A DNA stretch of 64,000 nucleotides from an uncultured Chloroflexia bacterium. Lineage in GTDB: Bacteria; Chloroflexota; Dehalococcoidia; DSTF01; JALHUB01. The position numbers were made by a program, and so were the translations under genes. Below are positions 47,009 to 55,911 of this stretch, piece by piece (within the stretch, counting starts at the first letter, position 1; every line of letters begins with the position of its first letter). The stretch spans positions 42,901 through 106,900 of the forward strand of contig CAVSBT010000016.1 of assembly GCA_963726245.1 (NCBI GenBank), in the 5' to 3' direction. The notes under the pieces are model-generated. The model searched no databases and was not told the origin of the DNA. It saw nothing but the letters and a program-made list of their open reading frames with translations.

Positions 47009-47956
47009 CTACAGGTTCACGCTCAGGTATCGCTCGCCGGTGTCGGGCAGGATGGTAACGACGCGCTTGCCCGCGCCCAGGCGCCGGGCCACGACCACGG
47101 ACGCGTGGACGTTGGCCCCCGCCGAGATGCCTACCAGCAGGCCCTCTTCGCTCGTGAGCCGTCGCGTCATCTCCAGCGCGTCCTCGTCGCGCACGGCGAT
47201 GATCTCGTCGATGACCTCGCGGTTGAGCACGCCCGGCACGAAGCTGGCGCCGATGCCCTGGATAGCGTGCAGCCCGGCCTTGCCCCCTCCCAGGACCGGC
47301 GAGCGGGCGGGCTCCACCGCCACCACCAGAATGCGCGGATTCTGCTCCTTCAGCACCTCGCCGACGCCGGTGATGGTGCCGCCGGTGCCCACACCCGCCA
47401 CGAAGGCGTCCAGGCGCCCTTCCGTCGCCCGCAGGATCTCGCGGGCGGTGGTCCGGCGGTGGATCTCCGGGTTGGCCGGGTTGTTGAACTGCTGGGGCAT
47501 GAAGTAGCCGGGGTTCTTCTCCACCAGCTCCTCGGCAGCGTGAACGGCGCCGCTCATCCCCTCGATGGCCGGCGTCAGCACCAGCTTGGCCCCGTAGCGG
47601 CCGAACAGCTTGCGCCGCTCCACGCTCATGTCCTCGGGCATGGTGAGGATGAGGTGATAGCCCTTGACCGCCGCCACCATGGCCAGGCCGATGCCCGTGT
47701 TGCCGCTGGTGGGCTCGACGATGGTGTCGCCGGGCTTGATGAGCCCCCGCTCCTCGGCGTCCTCGATCATGCTGAGGGCGATGCGGTCCTTGATGCTGCC
47801 CGCCGGGTTCAGGGACTCCATCTTGCCCAGAACCTCGGCGGCGCCCTCGGGGATCACCCGTCGCAGGCGGACCAGGGGGGTGTTCCCGACCAGGTCCAGC
47901 ACGCTGTCCGCGACGAACTCCGCCCTCTCCCGCCTGGCTTCAGAGCGCGTAGTCAA
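47009..47956 (-). CDS. cysK: Cysteine synthase A (O-acetylserine sulfhydrylase)
   Basis: [43 protein letters not shown]. Confidence 0.94.
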   Translation of the reverse strand: MTTRSEARRERAEFVADSVLDLVGNTPLVRLRRVIPEGAAEVLGKMESLNPAGSIKDRIALSMIEDAEERGLIKPGDTIVEPTSGNTGIGLAMVAAVKGYHLILTMPEDMSVERRKLFGRYGAKLVLTPAIEGMSGAVHAAEELVEKNPGYFMPQQFNNPANPEIHRRTTAREILRATEGRLDAFVAGVGTGGTITGVGEVLKEQNPRILVVAVEPARSPVLGGGKAGLHAIQGIGASFVPGVLNREVIDEIIAVRDEDALEMTRRLTSEEGLLVGISAGANVHASVVVARRLGAGKRVVTILPDTGERYLSVNL

Positions 47957-47975
47957 CGCTTACCCCCTCAAATCC

Positions 47976-48416
47976 CTAAATGACGTAGCGCCCGCCGCCG
48001 TTACCGGCCTGGCGCTCACGGGATGCCAGATCGCCGATCGAGACATCATCCAGAATCTTGCGAGTGGCGTCACGCACGGCCTCCCAGACCTCACGCTGAG
48101 GGCAGAAGCCGCGCTTGCTACAGCCGTCCGGCTCGTCGACGCAGGCGATGGGCGATAGAGAGCCCTCCAGCGCGCCCACGACCTCACTCAACTTGAGGTT
48201 CTGCGGTTCTCGGATGAGGGCGTGTCCGCCCTGTGGTCCGCGCACGCTCCGGATGAAGCCCGCCCGGCGCAGGGTCGTGAGGAGTTGGTCCAGGTAGGGC
48301 TCGGGGATGCTCTGTCGAGCGGCGATCTCGGCGCTCTGAAGGGGCCCCTGCCCAAAGTGGTGCGCCAGCTCTATGAGGGCGCGCACGCCGTAGTCGCCCT
48401 TGGTGGACACGCGCAA
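47976..48416 (-). CDS. Rrf2 family transcriptional regulator with three Cys (Fe-S binding type)
   Basis: STKGDYG.RA, YLDQL...LRRAG...S.RGP.GG, C-x6-C-x5-C. Confidence 0.92.
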   Translation of the reverse strand: MRVSTKGDYGVRALIELAHHFGQGPLQSAEIAARQSIPEPYLDQLLTTLRRAGFIRSVRGPQGGHALIREPQNLKLSEVVGALEGSLSPIACVDEPDGCSKRGFCPQREVWEAVRDATRKILDDVSIGDLASRERQAGNGGGRYVI

Positions 48417-48447
48417 CGGGACTTCACCTCCCTATGTCTCGGCACAA

Positions 48448-48459
48448 AGTTAAGTAACT
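48448..48459. promoter_or_regulatory. Candidate Rrf2 operator (AGTTA-AG-TAACT) in an AT-rich promoter region
   Basis: Inverted repeat just downstream of an extended -10 TGCTAAAAT (minus strand), flanked by two CTCGGCAC direct repeats. Confidence 0.35.
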
Positions 48460-48581
48460 ACGTCAACAATTTTAGCACGCTCGGCACTTAGCAACAAGGA
48501 GAAGGCGGTGCGTGGCCAAAGACGGCCACAGACACCGCAGATTGCTATTGGTGCTACAATGCACGCGTCCAGGGGAGTTGG

Positions 48582-50009
48582 ATGCCAGACTCGAGCCCTC
48601 AGCAGCTCCCGGAAAGCGACGAGGCCCTGGCCGCAAGAGCAGCCCGGGGAGACCAAGCGGCCTTCGTCGCCCTGTACGACCGCCACTTCCACGACATCTA
48701 CGATTTCCTCGCCCGTCTGCTGCTGTCTCGCCGGAGAGCCGCGACAGCGCTTCTTTCCACCTTCGTTCGCTTCCGCCGGCGCCTCTCGGAGGAGCACGGA
48801 CGGGGCAGCCCGCGGCTGGCGATCCTGGCTACGGCCTACCAGGCGGCCATCGAGGAAGGGCCGTCAACGGCTGAAATCGCCGGCGGCGATGAGGAGGAGC
48901 AGCTTCGCACGTTCGCACAGGTAGACCCGGACAGGCTGGCCAGCCCCGGCGAGGCGGCTCAAGCGCAGGAGGAGGCGCTGATCGTATGGCAGGGCGCGGC
49001 CGGCGTGGACCGCACAGAGTACGCCCTTCTGGACCTGCACTTGAGACGGGGACTAAATGCGGCGCAAGCGGGGCAGGTGCTCGGCATGGGGAGGTTCAAG
49101 GTGGGAGGCATGATCTCCCGCCTGAAGACGGCAGCCGAAGAGGCCTTCACTTCCCTTCTCGTGTTCAGGTTCGGCCGTCAGCAGTGCACGGAGCTGGATC
49201 AGCTCGCCGCCAGCATGGATGAGGCCGCCCTGCCGTCCGAGTCGAGGCACCTCGTGAGCGGCCACATCGCCGCCTGCGCCAACTGCTCTGAGACCAGGAA
49301 GCGATTGGTCCCGCCCCTGAACGTGCTGGCGGCCCTCCTGCCCGTGCCGCCGGTGCCCGGCGTGAAGGATGCGGTCCTCCAGGACTTGCTGTCCTACACC
49401 GCCGTCCAGGCCGGCGCCGCAGTCGCCGCTGCGGCGGCGCGAGAGGCGGCGCCACCGCGTCCTGCGCCGATGGGCCCGCCTCCGCAGCGTCCGGGCATCC
49501 CCCCGGCCATCGGCGGCTCAACGGGTGGGCCTGTTTTCCCGCTCATCATCGGGGCGGCCGTGGCCCTGGCCATTCCGGTGGCTGCCCTGCTGCTCTGGCT
49601 GGCGGTGCTCTCCGGCGATGGCGGCGACGGCTCCGCCAGCGTCGAGCCCACATCTACGCCGCTGGGCGGGGCTGCGCTGGAGGGCTGCGGGAGCGCCGGC
49701 CCTGGCACACCAGGGCTGGGCACCTGCACGCCAACGCCCACGCGAACCGCCACCCTGACGCCCACAGCGACTGCCGCCACAAAGACGCCTTCGCCCACCG
49801 GCACGGCCAGCCCCTCTCCGTCGGCGACGGCACCGCCCGTTGCGACGGCGACGAAGACGCCGGTGGTCGGAGAGACTCCCACGGGGACGGTGGAAACGGC
49901 GACGCCGACGCCCAAGCCGTCGCCGGGGCCAGGCGCCACTGCCACCGCCGCGAGCTCGCCCTCTCCGGCCCACAGTCCCTCGCCGGGAGCGTCACCCTCC
50001 CCACACTAG
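48582..50009 (+). CDS. ECF sigma-like protein fused to a ZAS zinc motif, TM helix and Pro/Thr-rich tail
   Basis: D..L..RA..GD..AF..LY region 2, region-4-like HTH, HIAACANC, hydrophobic helix, TPTPT-rich C-terminus. Confidence 0.72.
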   Translation: MPDSSPQQLPESDEALAARAARGDQAAFVALYDRHFHDIYDFLARLLLSRRRAATALLSTFVRFRRRLSEEHGRGSPRLAILATAYQAAIEEGPSTAEIAGGDEEEQLRTFAQVDPDRLASPGEAAQAQEEALIVWQGAAGVDRTEYALLDLHLRRGLNAAQAGQVLGMGRFKVGGMISRLKTAAEEAFTSLLVFRFGRQQCTELDQLAASMDEAALPSESRHLVSGHIAACANCSETRKRLVPPLNVLAALLPVPPVPGVKDAVLQDLLSYTAVQAGAAVAAAAAREAAPPRPAPMGPPPQRPGIPPAIGGSTGGPVFPLIIGAAVALAIPVAALLLWLAVLSGDGGDGSASVEPTSTPLGGAALEGCGSAGPGTPGLGTCTPTPTRTATLTPTATAATKTPSPTGTASPSPSATAPPVATATKTPVVGETPTGTVETATPTPKPSPGPGATATAASSPSPAHSPSPGASPSPH

Positions 50010-50096
50010 GGGACTAGGCCGAAGGCAACGCCTTCCCCGAGCTGGCACCCTCGTCAGGCCGCCGCCCTGATGCTCGTATGCGGTCGGGGTGGGATT

Positions 50097-50372
50097 CTAG
50101 CCGCCGGCGACGGCGGGCACGATGCTCACCTCATCGCCCGCTTTGAGGGGCGTCTCCAGCCCGGAGAGGAAGCGCACGTCCTCGCCGTTGACGTAGAGGT
50201 TGATAAAGCGACGGATCTCGCCGCTCTCGTCGCAGAGGCGCTCCTTGAGGCCGGGATATTCCTGATCCAGGCGTCCGATGATCTCCACCAGGCTGCCGCC
50301 GTCGGCGGTGACGGTCTCGCGGTTGCCGGTTACCTTCCGCAGCGGCCCTGGGATACGTACTGTCACGCTCAA
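50097..50372 (-). CDS. Ubiquitin-like MoaD/ThiS family sulfur carrier ending AVAGG*
   Basis: VRIPGPLR, FINLYVNGEDVR, IVPAVAGG*; GGAGG RBS. Confidence 0.92.
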   Translation of the reverse strand: MSVTVRIPGPLRKVTGNRETVTADGGSLVEIIGRLDQEYPGLKERLCDESGEIRRFINLYVNGEDVRFLSGLETPLKAGDEVSIVPAVAGG

Positions 50373-50408
50373 TGTAAGACCTCCATTGACGGGGTCCGCC
50401 GGGGCGTA

Positions 50409-50651
50409 TCAGCCCTCGACGATGTCGCCCTCCACGGGGTCGACGCGCACGCCCTGTGAGGTTACCCACTGGATGCCGCGCTCGATCTCCTGGAGGTCGC
50501 CATCCAACTCCAGCACCACCCAGCCGCGGTCCTCGGTGACGTCGGCCCGGCGGATATTAGTCACCAGGCTAAAGGTCTTGCCCAACTCGTAAATAACGGG
50601 CAGAGTGATGAGCTCCTGGGGAAAGGTGAACTTCACACGCTGCTTGGCCAT
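50409..50651 (-). CDS. Stand-alone NIL domain protein
   Basis: MAKQRVKFTFP.....PVIY.L...F.LVTNIRRADV....GWVVLEL.G. Confidence 0.82.
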   Translation of the reverse strand: MAKQRVKFTFPQELITLPVIYELGKTFSLVTNIRRADVTEDRGWVVLELDGDLQEIERGIQWVTSQGVRVDPVEGDIVEG

Positions 50652-50682
50652 GCTCTTCCCCCTCGTCGAGGCCGCCCCAGGC

Positions 50683-51930
50683 CTAGCCCGCGGGCAGGGC
50701 CTCGTCTCGCTGTTCCACGGCTTGCTCAAAGGCGCCCAGGGTGGGCTCGATGTGGAGCGGCTCCCGCAGGCGCCCCCAGACGGCCTCCTGCGTCTTCAAC
50801 CCGGCGCCGGTTATAAAGGCCACCACCAGCTCGTCGCGGCCCACGCGGCCGGCCTCCACCAGCCGCCGCAGTCCGGAGACCACCACTCCGCCGGCCGTCT
50901 CGGCGAAGACGCCCTCGCTCTCGGCCAGAAGGCGGATGCCTTCCACCACCTCGTCGTCGCTCACCGCCACCGCCGAGCCGCCGGAGTCGGCCATCGTCCG
51001 CAGGGCATAGTAACCGTCGGCGGGGTTGCCGATGGCCAGCGACTTGGCGATGGTGTTGGGCTTGACCGGCCTGATGTTCAGCGTTCCCGCCTGCCAGGCG
51101 TTGACGATGGGCGAGCAGCCCGCCGCCTGGGCCCCGGATATCCTGGTCTGCACGCTATCGACGAGCCACAGTTTAGCCAGTTCGTCGAGACCTTTCCATA
51201 TCTTGGTCAAGAGAGAGCCGCTGGCCATGGGGATGATGCAGTGGTCGGGGGCCCGCCAGCCCAACTGCTCCGCCACCTCGTAGGCCAGGGTCTTGCTGCC
51301 CTCGGAATAGTAGGGGCGGACGTTGATGTTGACGAAGGCCCAGCCGTACTTGTCCGCCAGCTCCGAGCAGAGGCGGTTCACCTCGTCGTAGCTGCCGTCG
51401 ACGGCCACCAGCGTGGCGCCGTAGACGGCGGAACCGATCAGCTTGCCCGACTCCAGGTCGGCGGGCACGAAGACGAAGGCGTCCATGCCCGCCTTGGCGG
51501 CGTGGGCGGAGACGCTGTTGGCCAGGTTGCCTGTCGAGGCGCAGGCCAGGGTCTTGAACCCGAACTCGCGCGCCTTGGTGCTGGCCACCGCCACCACCCG
51601 GTCCTTGAAAGACCAGGTGGGGTTCACGCAGTCGTTCTTGATGTAGAGATGGCTCAGGCCAAGCTCCTCACCCAGGTTGACGGCCCGAAAGAGGGGTGTG
51701 AAGCCCGCCCCGATGTCCACGGCGCCTTCGGCGTCGCAGGGCAGGAGGTGGCGGTAGCGCCAGAGGGTGAGGGGCCCGCGCTCGATAGCCTCGCGGGTGG
51801 CCGTCTTGCGTATGGCCTCGTAGTCGTAGGCGACCTCCAGCGGGCCAAAGCAGAACTCGCAGACGTTGATGGGGTCGAGCGGGTACTCCCGCCCGCACTC
51901 ACGGCACTTCAGGGCTGTGGCAAAGGACAT
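50683..51930 (-). CDS. thrC: Threonine synthase-like PLP enzyme with N-terminal Zn ribbon
   Basis: CRECG...CEFC, G.TPL, NPTWSFKDR, ASTGN, EGSKT..YE, TG.GLK. Confidence 0.85.
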   Translation of the reverse strand: MSFATALKCRECGREYPLDPINVCEFCFGPLEVAYDYEAIRKTATREAIERGPLTLWRYRHLLPCDAEGAVDIGAGFTPLFRAVNLGEELGLSHLYIKNDCVNPTWSFKDRVVAVASTKAREFGFKTLACASTGNLANSVSAHAAKAGMDAFVFVPADLESGKLIGSAVYGATLVAVDGSYDEVNRLCSELADKYGWAFVNINVRPYYSEGSKTLAYEVAEQLGWRAPDHCIIPMASGSLLTKIWKGLDELAKLWLVDSVQTRISGAQAAGCSPIVNAWQAGTLNIRPVKPNTIAKSLAIGNPADGYYALRTMADSGGSAVAVSDDEVVEGIRLLAESEGVFAETAGGVVVSGLRRLVEAGRVGRDELVVAFITGAGLKTQEAVWGRLREPLHIEPTLGAFEQAVEQRDEALPAG

Positions 51931-52083
51931 GACGGCGGTACCTCGGAGGCGCTCCAGGCCGCGATGAACCCGGAGCGGGCTGGACTAGCTGTCCGCTTGG
52001 GGTGGCCCGACTCGCTCGGGCCGAGGCATCGCCATCGAGTGGTAGAACATCTTGAGTGTGATTATCCGCCAGTTGTGGCGGAG

Positions 52084-52112
52084 ATGGTAACAGAGGAAGG
52101 CGAATCTGTCAA
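52084..52112 (-). promoter_or_regulatory. Sigma70 promoter for the thrC-NIL-Ubl operon
   Basis: TTGACA-N17-TACCAT on the minus strand. Confidence 0.7.
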
Positions 52113-52128
52113 ATTGACGGAGTCCGAG

Positions 52129-52653
52129 TCACGGGCAGGCTGACAGCGCGTCCACCGCCTCCTCCCAGTAGGTGCGGTCGCGGCCCCAGCCTTCCTCCCA
52201 CATGGCGCGGAGGTAGTCGATCTGGGCGCCGTGGTAGAGGGCGTGCTGCATCAGGCGATTGCTGATGAAGTTCAGCGTGATGGGCTCGCCTCCCGGACGG
52301 CCGGGCCGGCCCAGCCGCTCAGGGAGAACCGACGGCCAGACGGCGTCGAGCTCGGCGTCGACGGCCGAGGCGAGCACCGCGTCCAGGCGGCCGCGCACCT
52401 GCTGCAAGGAGGCGAGGATGGTCTCCAGGGGCGCCCCGCGCTCGACGGCAGGCGGCAGCTCCTCGCCCTCGCGCCAGAGCCAGTAGACGATGGCGTCGCG
52501 CACGTGGCCCAAGAGCCGGGCGATGGTGAAGCCGTGGCCCGGGCGCTCCCACAGGTGCTCAGGCGGCAGGCCGTCCAGCGAGTGCAGGAAATTATCGTAC
52601 ACCAGCCGCAGCACCTGCCGCCGCCGCTCGACTATGTCTCTGGATGCTGACAT
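52129..52653 (-). CDS. DinB-family protein
   Basis: TIARLLGH...WL and H..YH.AQI..LR motifs. Confidence 0.78.
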   Translation of the reverse strand: MSASRDIVERRRQVLRLVYDNFLHSLDGLPPEHLWERPGHGFTIARLLGHVRDAIVYWLWREGEELPPAVERGAPLETILASLQQVRGRLDAVLASAVDAELDAVWPSVLPERLGRPGRPGGEPITLNFISNRLMQHALYHGAQIDYLRAMWEEGWGRDRTYWEEAVDALSACP

Positions 52654-52655
52654 GG

Positions 52656-52690
52656 CTATGCCCTATGCACTATGCCCTGTGCCCTGTGCC
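52656..52690. repeat. Heptamer tandem repeat (CTRTGCC x5)
   Basis: ctatgcc ctatgca ctatgcc ctgtgcc ctgtgcc fills the dapA-dinB spacer. Confidence 0.8.
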
Positions 52691-52691
52691 C

Positions 52692-53592
52692 TTAGACGGC
52701 CACCGGCAGGTCGATGCGGTGTCGCTTCACCTCGGCGGCGATCTTCTCCCCCGCTGCCTGGTCCACCTCGCACAGAGGAAGCCGCAGGCCGCCCACCGGG
52801 AAGCCGACTACGTTGAGGGCGTGCTTGATGGGAATGGGATTACTGGCTGCCGTCATCAATATGCTCATGAGCGGCAGCAGGCTCCGATGGGTGCGGGCCG
52901 CCTCGTCCACCCGGCCGGCCAGGTAAGCCTCGATCATGCCCTTCATCTGGCTGCCCACCAGGTGGGAGACCACACAGATGACGCCGTAGCCGCCCACGGA
53001 GAGGATAGGCAGGGTATCGCTGTCGTTGCCGCTCCAGACCAAGAAGTCTTCGCGGGTGTTCTCGACGATGTGGGCCACCTGCTCCATGTTGCCGCTGGCC
53101 TCCTTCACCCCCACGATGTTGGGGATGCGCGAGAGGCGAACGATGGTCTCCGCGAGTGATGTTCACCCCGGTGCGGCCGGGGATGTTATAGAGGATGCAG
53201 GGCAGGCTAATGGCGCGGGCGATGGCCTCGAAGTGGCGGAAGATGCCCTCCTGGGTGGGCTTGTTGTAGTAGGGGCAGGTGAGCAGGAGCCCGTCGACGC
53301 CCGCGCGCTCCGCTTCCCGGCTAAGCTCCACGCTTTCGGCCGTGTTGTAGCTGCTGGTGCCGGCGATGACGACTCCGGCGCCGCCCACCGCCCGATTCAC
53401 CTCGGCAAAGAGGCGCAGCTTCTCCTCTGTGGTCAGGGTAGGCGCCTCGCCCGTCGTTCCCGACAAGACGACGCCGTCGCTACCCGACTCCAGAAGGGCC
53501 AGCGCCAGGCGCCCGGCCTGGGCGTAGTCGACGGCGCCCTCGGGCGTGAACGGCGTAACCATAGCCGTGAGTAGACGGCCTATCTGAGCCAT
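52692..53592 (-). CDS. dapA: 4-hydroxy-tetrahydrodipicolinate synthase (apparent frameshift near 53152)
   Basis: TAMVTPF, GTTGE, PYYNKP, YNIPGRT, GVKEASG, SGND, NPIPIK. Confidence 0.94.
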
Positions 53593-53621
53593 AGCAGAGC
53601 CTCCTACTGTCGGGCGGGATG

Positions 53622-54659
53622 CTAGATCAGGTTCCTGGTGACCAGCTCCTCGGCGATCTGGATAGCGTTGGTGGCGGCGCCCTTTCGCAGGTTGTCGCTC
53701 ACGATCCAGAATACCATGCCGTTGGGGTGCGAGCTGTCCTGGCGGATGCGTCCCACGAAGACGTCGTCCTGGCCGGTCGCCGTCCATGGCTGCGGGTAGA
53801 GGCTGACGCTGGGGTCGTCCTGGACAGCCACGCCGGGGGCCTGACTCAGGATATCCCGCACGTCGTCCGCCGACCAGGGCCGGCTGAACTCGACGTGGAC
53901 GGCGGCGCTGTGGCTGACGAATATGGGCGCGCGCACGCACGTCGCCGAGATGGCGATGCTCTCGTCGTGCATGATCTTCCGCGTCTCCGCCATCATCTTC
54001 CATTCTTCCTTCGTGTAGCCGTCGTCCCGGAAGACATCGATCTCCGGCAGAACGTTGAAGGCGATCTGGTGCGGGTAGACGTGGGGAACGACGTTCTTGC
54101 CCTCCAGCACGGCTTTGCTCTGGACGTTCAGCTCCTCCACGGCCAGCCTGCCGGTGCCGGACACCGACTGGTAGGTGGCGGCGGTAATGCGCTTCACGGC
54201 GTTCACCCGGTGCAGGGGCCAGAGCACCATCACGATCGGCGTCGTCGAGCAGTTGGGGATGGCGAGGATGCCCTTGTGCCACTCCACATCGTCGGCGTTG
54301 ATCTCGGGCACCACCAGCGGCACCTGGGGGTCCATCCGCCAGGCAGAGCTGTCGTCAATGGCCACAGCCCCCAGCTTGGCCACCATGGGGCAGTACTCGC
54401 GCGAGGCCGCCCCGGAGGCGGAGATGAAGACCAGGTCCGAGCCTTCGAAGGACTTGGGTGTCGTCTCCTCCACTACCAGCTCCTGCTCGCCCACCATCAT
54501 GCGCTTACCGGCCGATCGCGAGGTAGCGAGGAGCTTGAGCGAGGCAACCGGGAAACGGCGCTCCAGGAGTATCTTGATGAACTCCTGGCCCACCACTCCC
54601 GCGGCGCCCACGACGGCGATGTTGTACTGCTTGTGGCCGTCAGGCGACATGTGTGGCAT
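53622..54659 (-). CDS. asd: Aspartate-semialdehyde dehydrogenase
   Basis: PLVVPEIN, PNCST, TYQSVSG.G, DNLRKGAA.NA.QI. Confidence 0.96.
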   Translation of the reverse strand: MPHMSPDGHKQYNIAVVGAAGVVGQEFIKILLERRFPVASLKLLATSRSAGKRMMVGEQELVVEETTPKSFEGSDLVFISASGAASREYCPMVAKLGAVAIDDSSAWRMDPQVPLVVPEINADDVEWHKGILAIPNCSTTPIVMVLWPLHRVNAVKRITAATYQSVSGTGRLAVEELNVQSKAVLEGKNVVPHVYPHQIAFNVLPEIDVFRDDGYTKEEWKMMAETRKIMHDESIAISATCVRAPIFVSHSAAVHVEFSRPWSADDVRDILSQAPGVAVQDDPSVSLYPQPWTATGQDDVFVGRIRQDSSHPNGMVFWIVSDNLRKGAATNAIQIAEELVTRNLI

Positions 54660-54788
54660 GGAGTCCCCTACTCTGCCGCCCCGTACTACCCAGACCCATT
54701 GGGGGCGGTGTGACGATATTAGCCCATCCCCTGGCTCACATCAATCCCCTATGCACCTGTGGTATATTACGGCGGCGGAGTACCTCGA

Positions 54789-55646
54789 ATGACAAGGGTG
54801 GCCCTCATAACCGACAGCGCTGCCTGCCTGCCGCCCCACCTGGTCGAGGAGTACGGCATCGACGTGGTGCCGCTCTCGTTGGTCCTCGAGGGCAAGGTCT
54901 ACCCCGACCAGGCCGACGGCGACAACCGCCAGTTCTACCATCACCTGAAGACGTCGCGACGCCTGCCCACTACCGCCTCGCCGTCGCCCGGCGACTACCT
55001 CGAGGCCCTGCGACGCGCCGCTGGCAAGGCGGAAGCGGCCCTCTGCATCACCGTAGGCTCTCGCTTCAGCGTCGCCTATGACTCCGCCGTGCAGGCGGTG
55101 GAGAAAGCGCGCGTCGAGGTGCCCACCCTCCAGGTGAAGGTCATCGACTCCGGCTCGGCGACGATGGCCCAGGGCTTCATGGTGCTGGAGGCCGCGCGGG
55201 CCGCCGCCGGCGCCGGCCTGGAGGCGGCTGCCTGCCGAGCGGAGGCCCTGAAGCCGCGCGTGGGCATCATCGCCCTCCTCGATACCCTGGACTACCTGGC
55301 CCGGGGCGGCCGCGTGCCGAGGGCCGCCGCCTGGGCTTCGTCCCTCCTTCAAATCAAGCCGATCGTCGAGTTCAGCCACGACAGCGTGCGCCTCATCGGA
55401 CGCGTGCGCATCCGCCGGCGCGCCTACGACCGGCTTTACGCGCTGATGAAGGAGCGCGCCGCCGGCAGCCCGTCTCTCCATCTCTGCGTCCACCATGCCG
55501 ATGCCCCTGAGGAGGCAGAGGCCCTGGCCGGGTGGGCCCGCTCCGCGCTCCATCCGGCGGAACTCTACGTTACCGAGTTCACGAGGGTGATGAGCGCCCA
55601 CACCGGGCCGGGCCTCCTGGGATTCGCCTACTACCTGGACTCCTAG
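54789..55646 (+). CDS. DegV family fatty-acid-binding protein
   Basis: ITDSA, P.T.SPS, IDS, L.YL.RGGR, IKPI, HTGPG. Confidence 0.92.
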   Translation: MTRVALITDSAACLPPHLVEEYGIDVVPLSLVLEGKVYPDQADGDNRQFYHHLKTSRRLPTTASPSPGDYLEALRRAAGKAEAALCITVGSRFSVAYDSAVQAVEKARVEVPTLQVKVIDSGSATMAQGFMVLEAARAAAGAGLEAAACRAEALKPRVGIIALLDTLDYLARGGRVPRAAAWASSLLQIKPIVEFSHDSVRLIGRVRIRRRAYDRLYALMKERAAGSPSLHLCVHHADAPEEAEALAGWARSALHPAELYVTEFTRVMSAHTGPGLLGFAYYLDS

Positions 55647-55732
55647 GGGGCTGCCCTTGCCACAGACTTACACAGACCGGCACTGATGGCGAATTGGACC
55701 GTGACGATGTGGGACGGGTCTGCAACCAGGCC

Positions 55733-55794
55733 GTAAGGACGGAGCTTCAGCTCGGTCCGCCCCCTTGAGGACGGAGCTAAAGCTCCGTCCCTAC
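55733..55794. repeat. REP doublet (REPIN-like, GTAG family)
   Basis: GTAAGGACGGAGC-TTCA-GCTCGGTCC followed by inverted GGACGGAGC-TAAA-GCTCCGTCCCTAC. Confidence 0.75.
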
Positions 55795-55911
55795 ATTTAT
55801 GGACAGCGAACTTGGCGCCCGCCTATAATGACTTCGTTCCGACCCTTGAAAGAGCATCTTGTTGGTCCTGCCCGCTTCTGGCGGGCTCACTTCGGCAGGG
55901 GAAGCTGCCTA

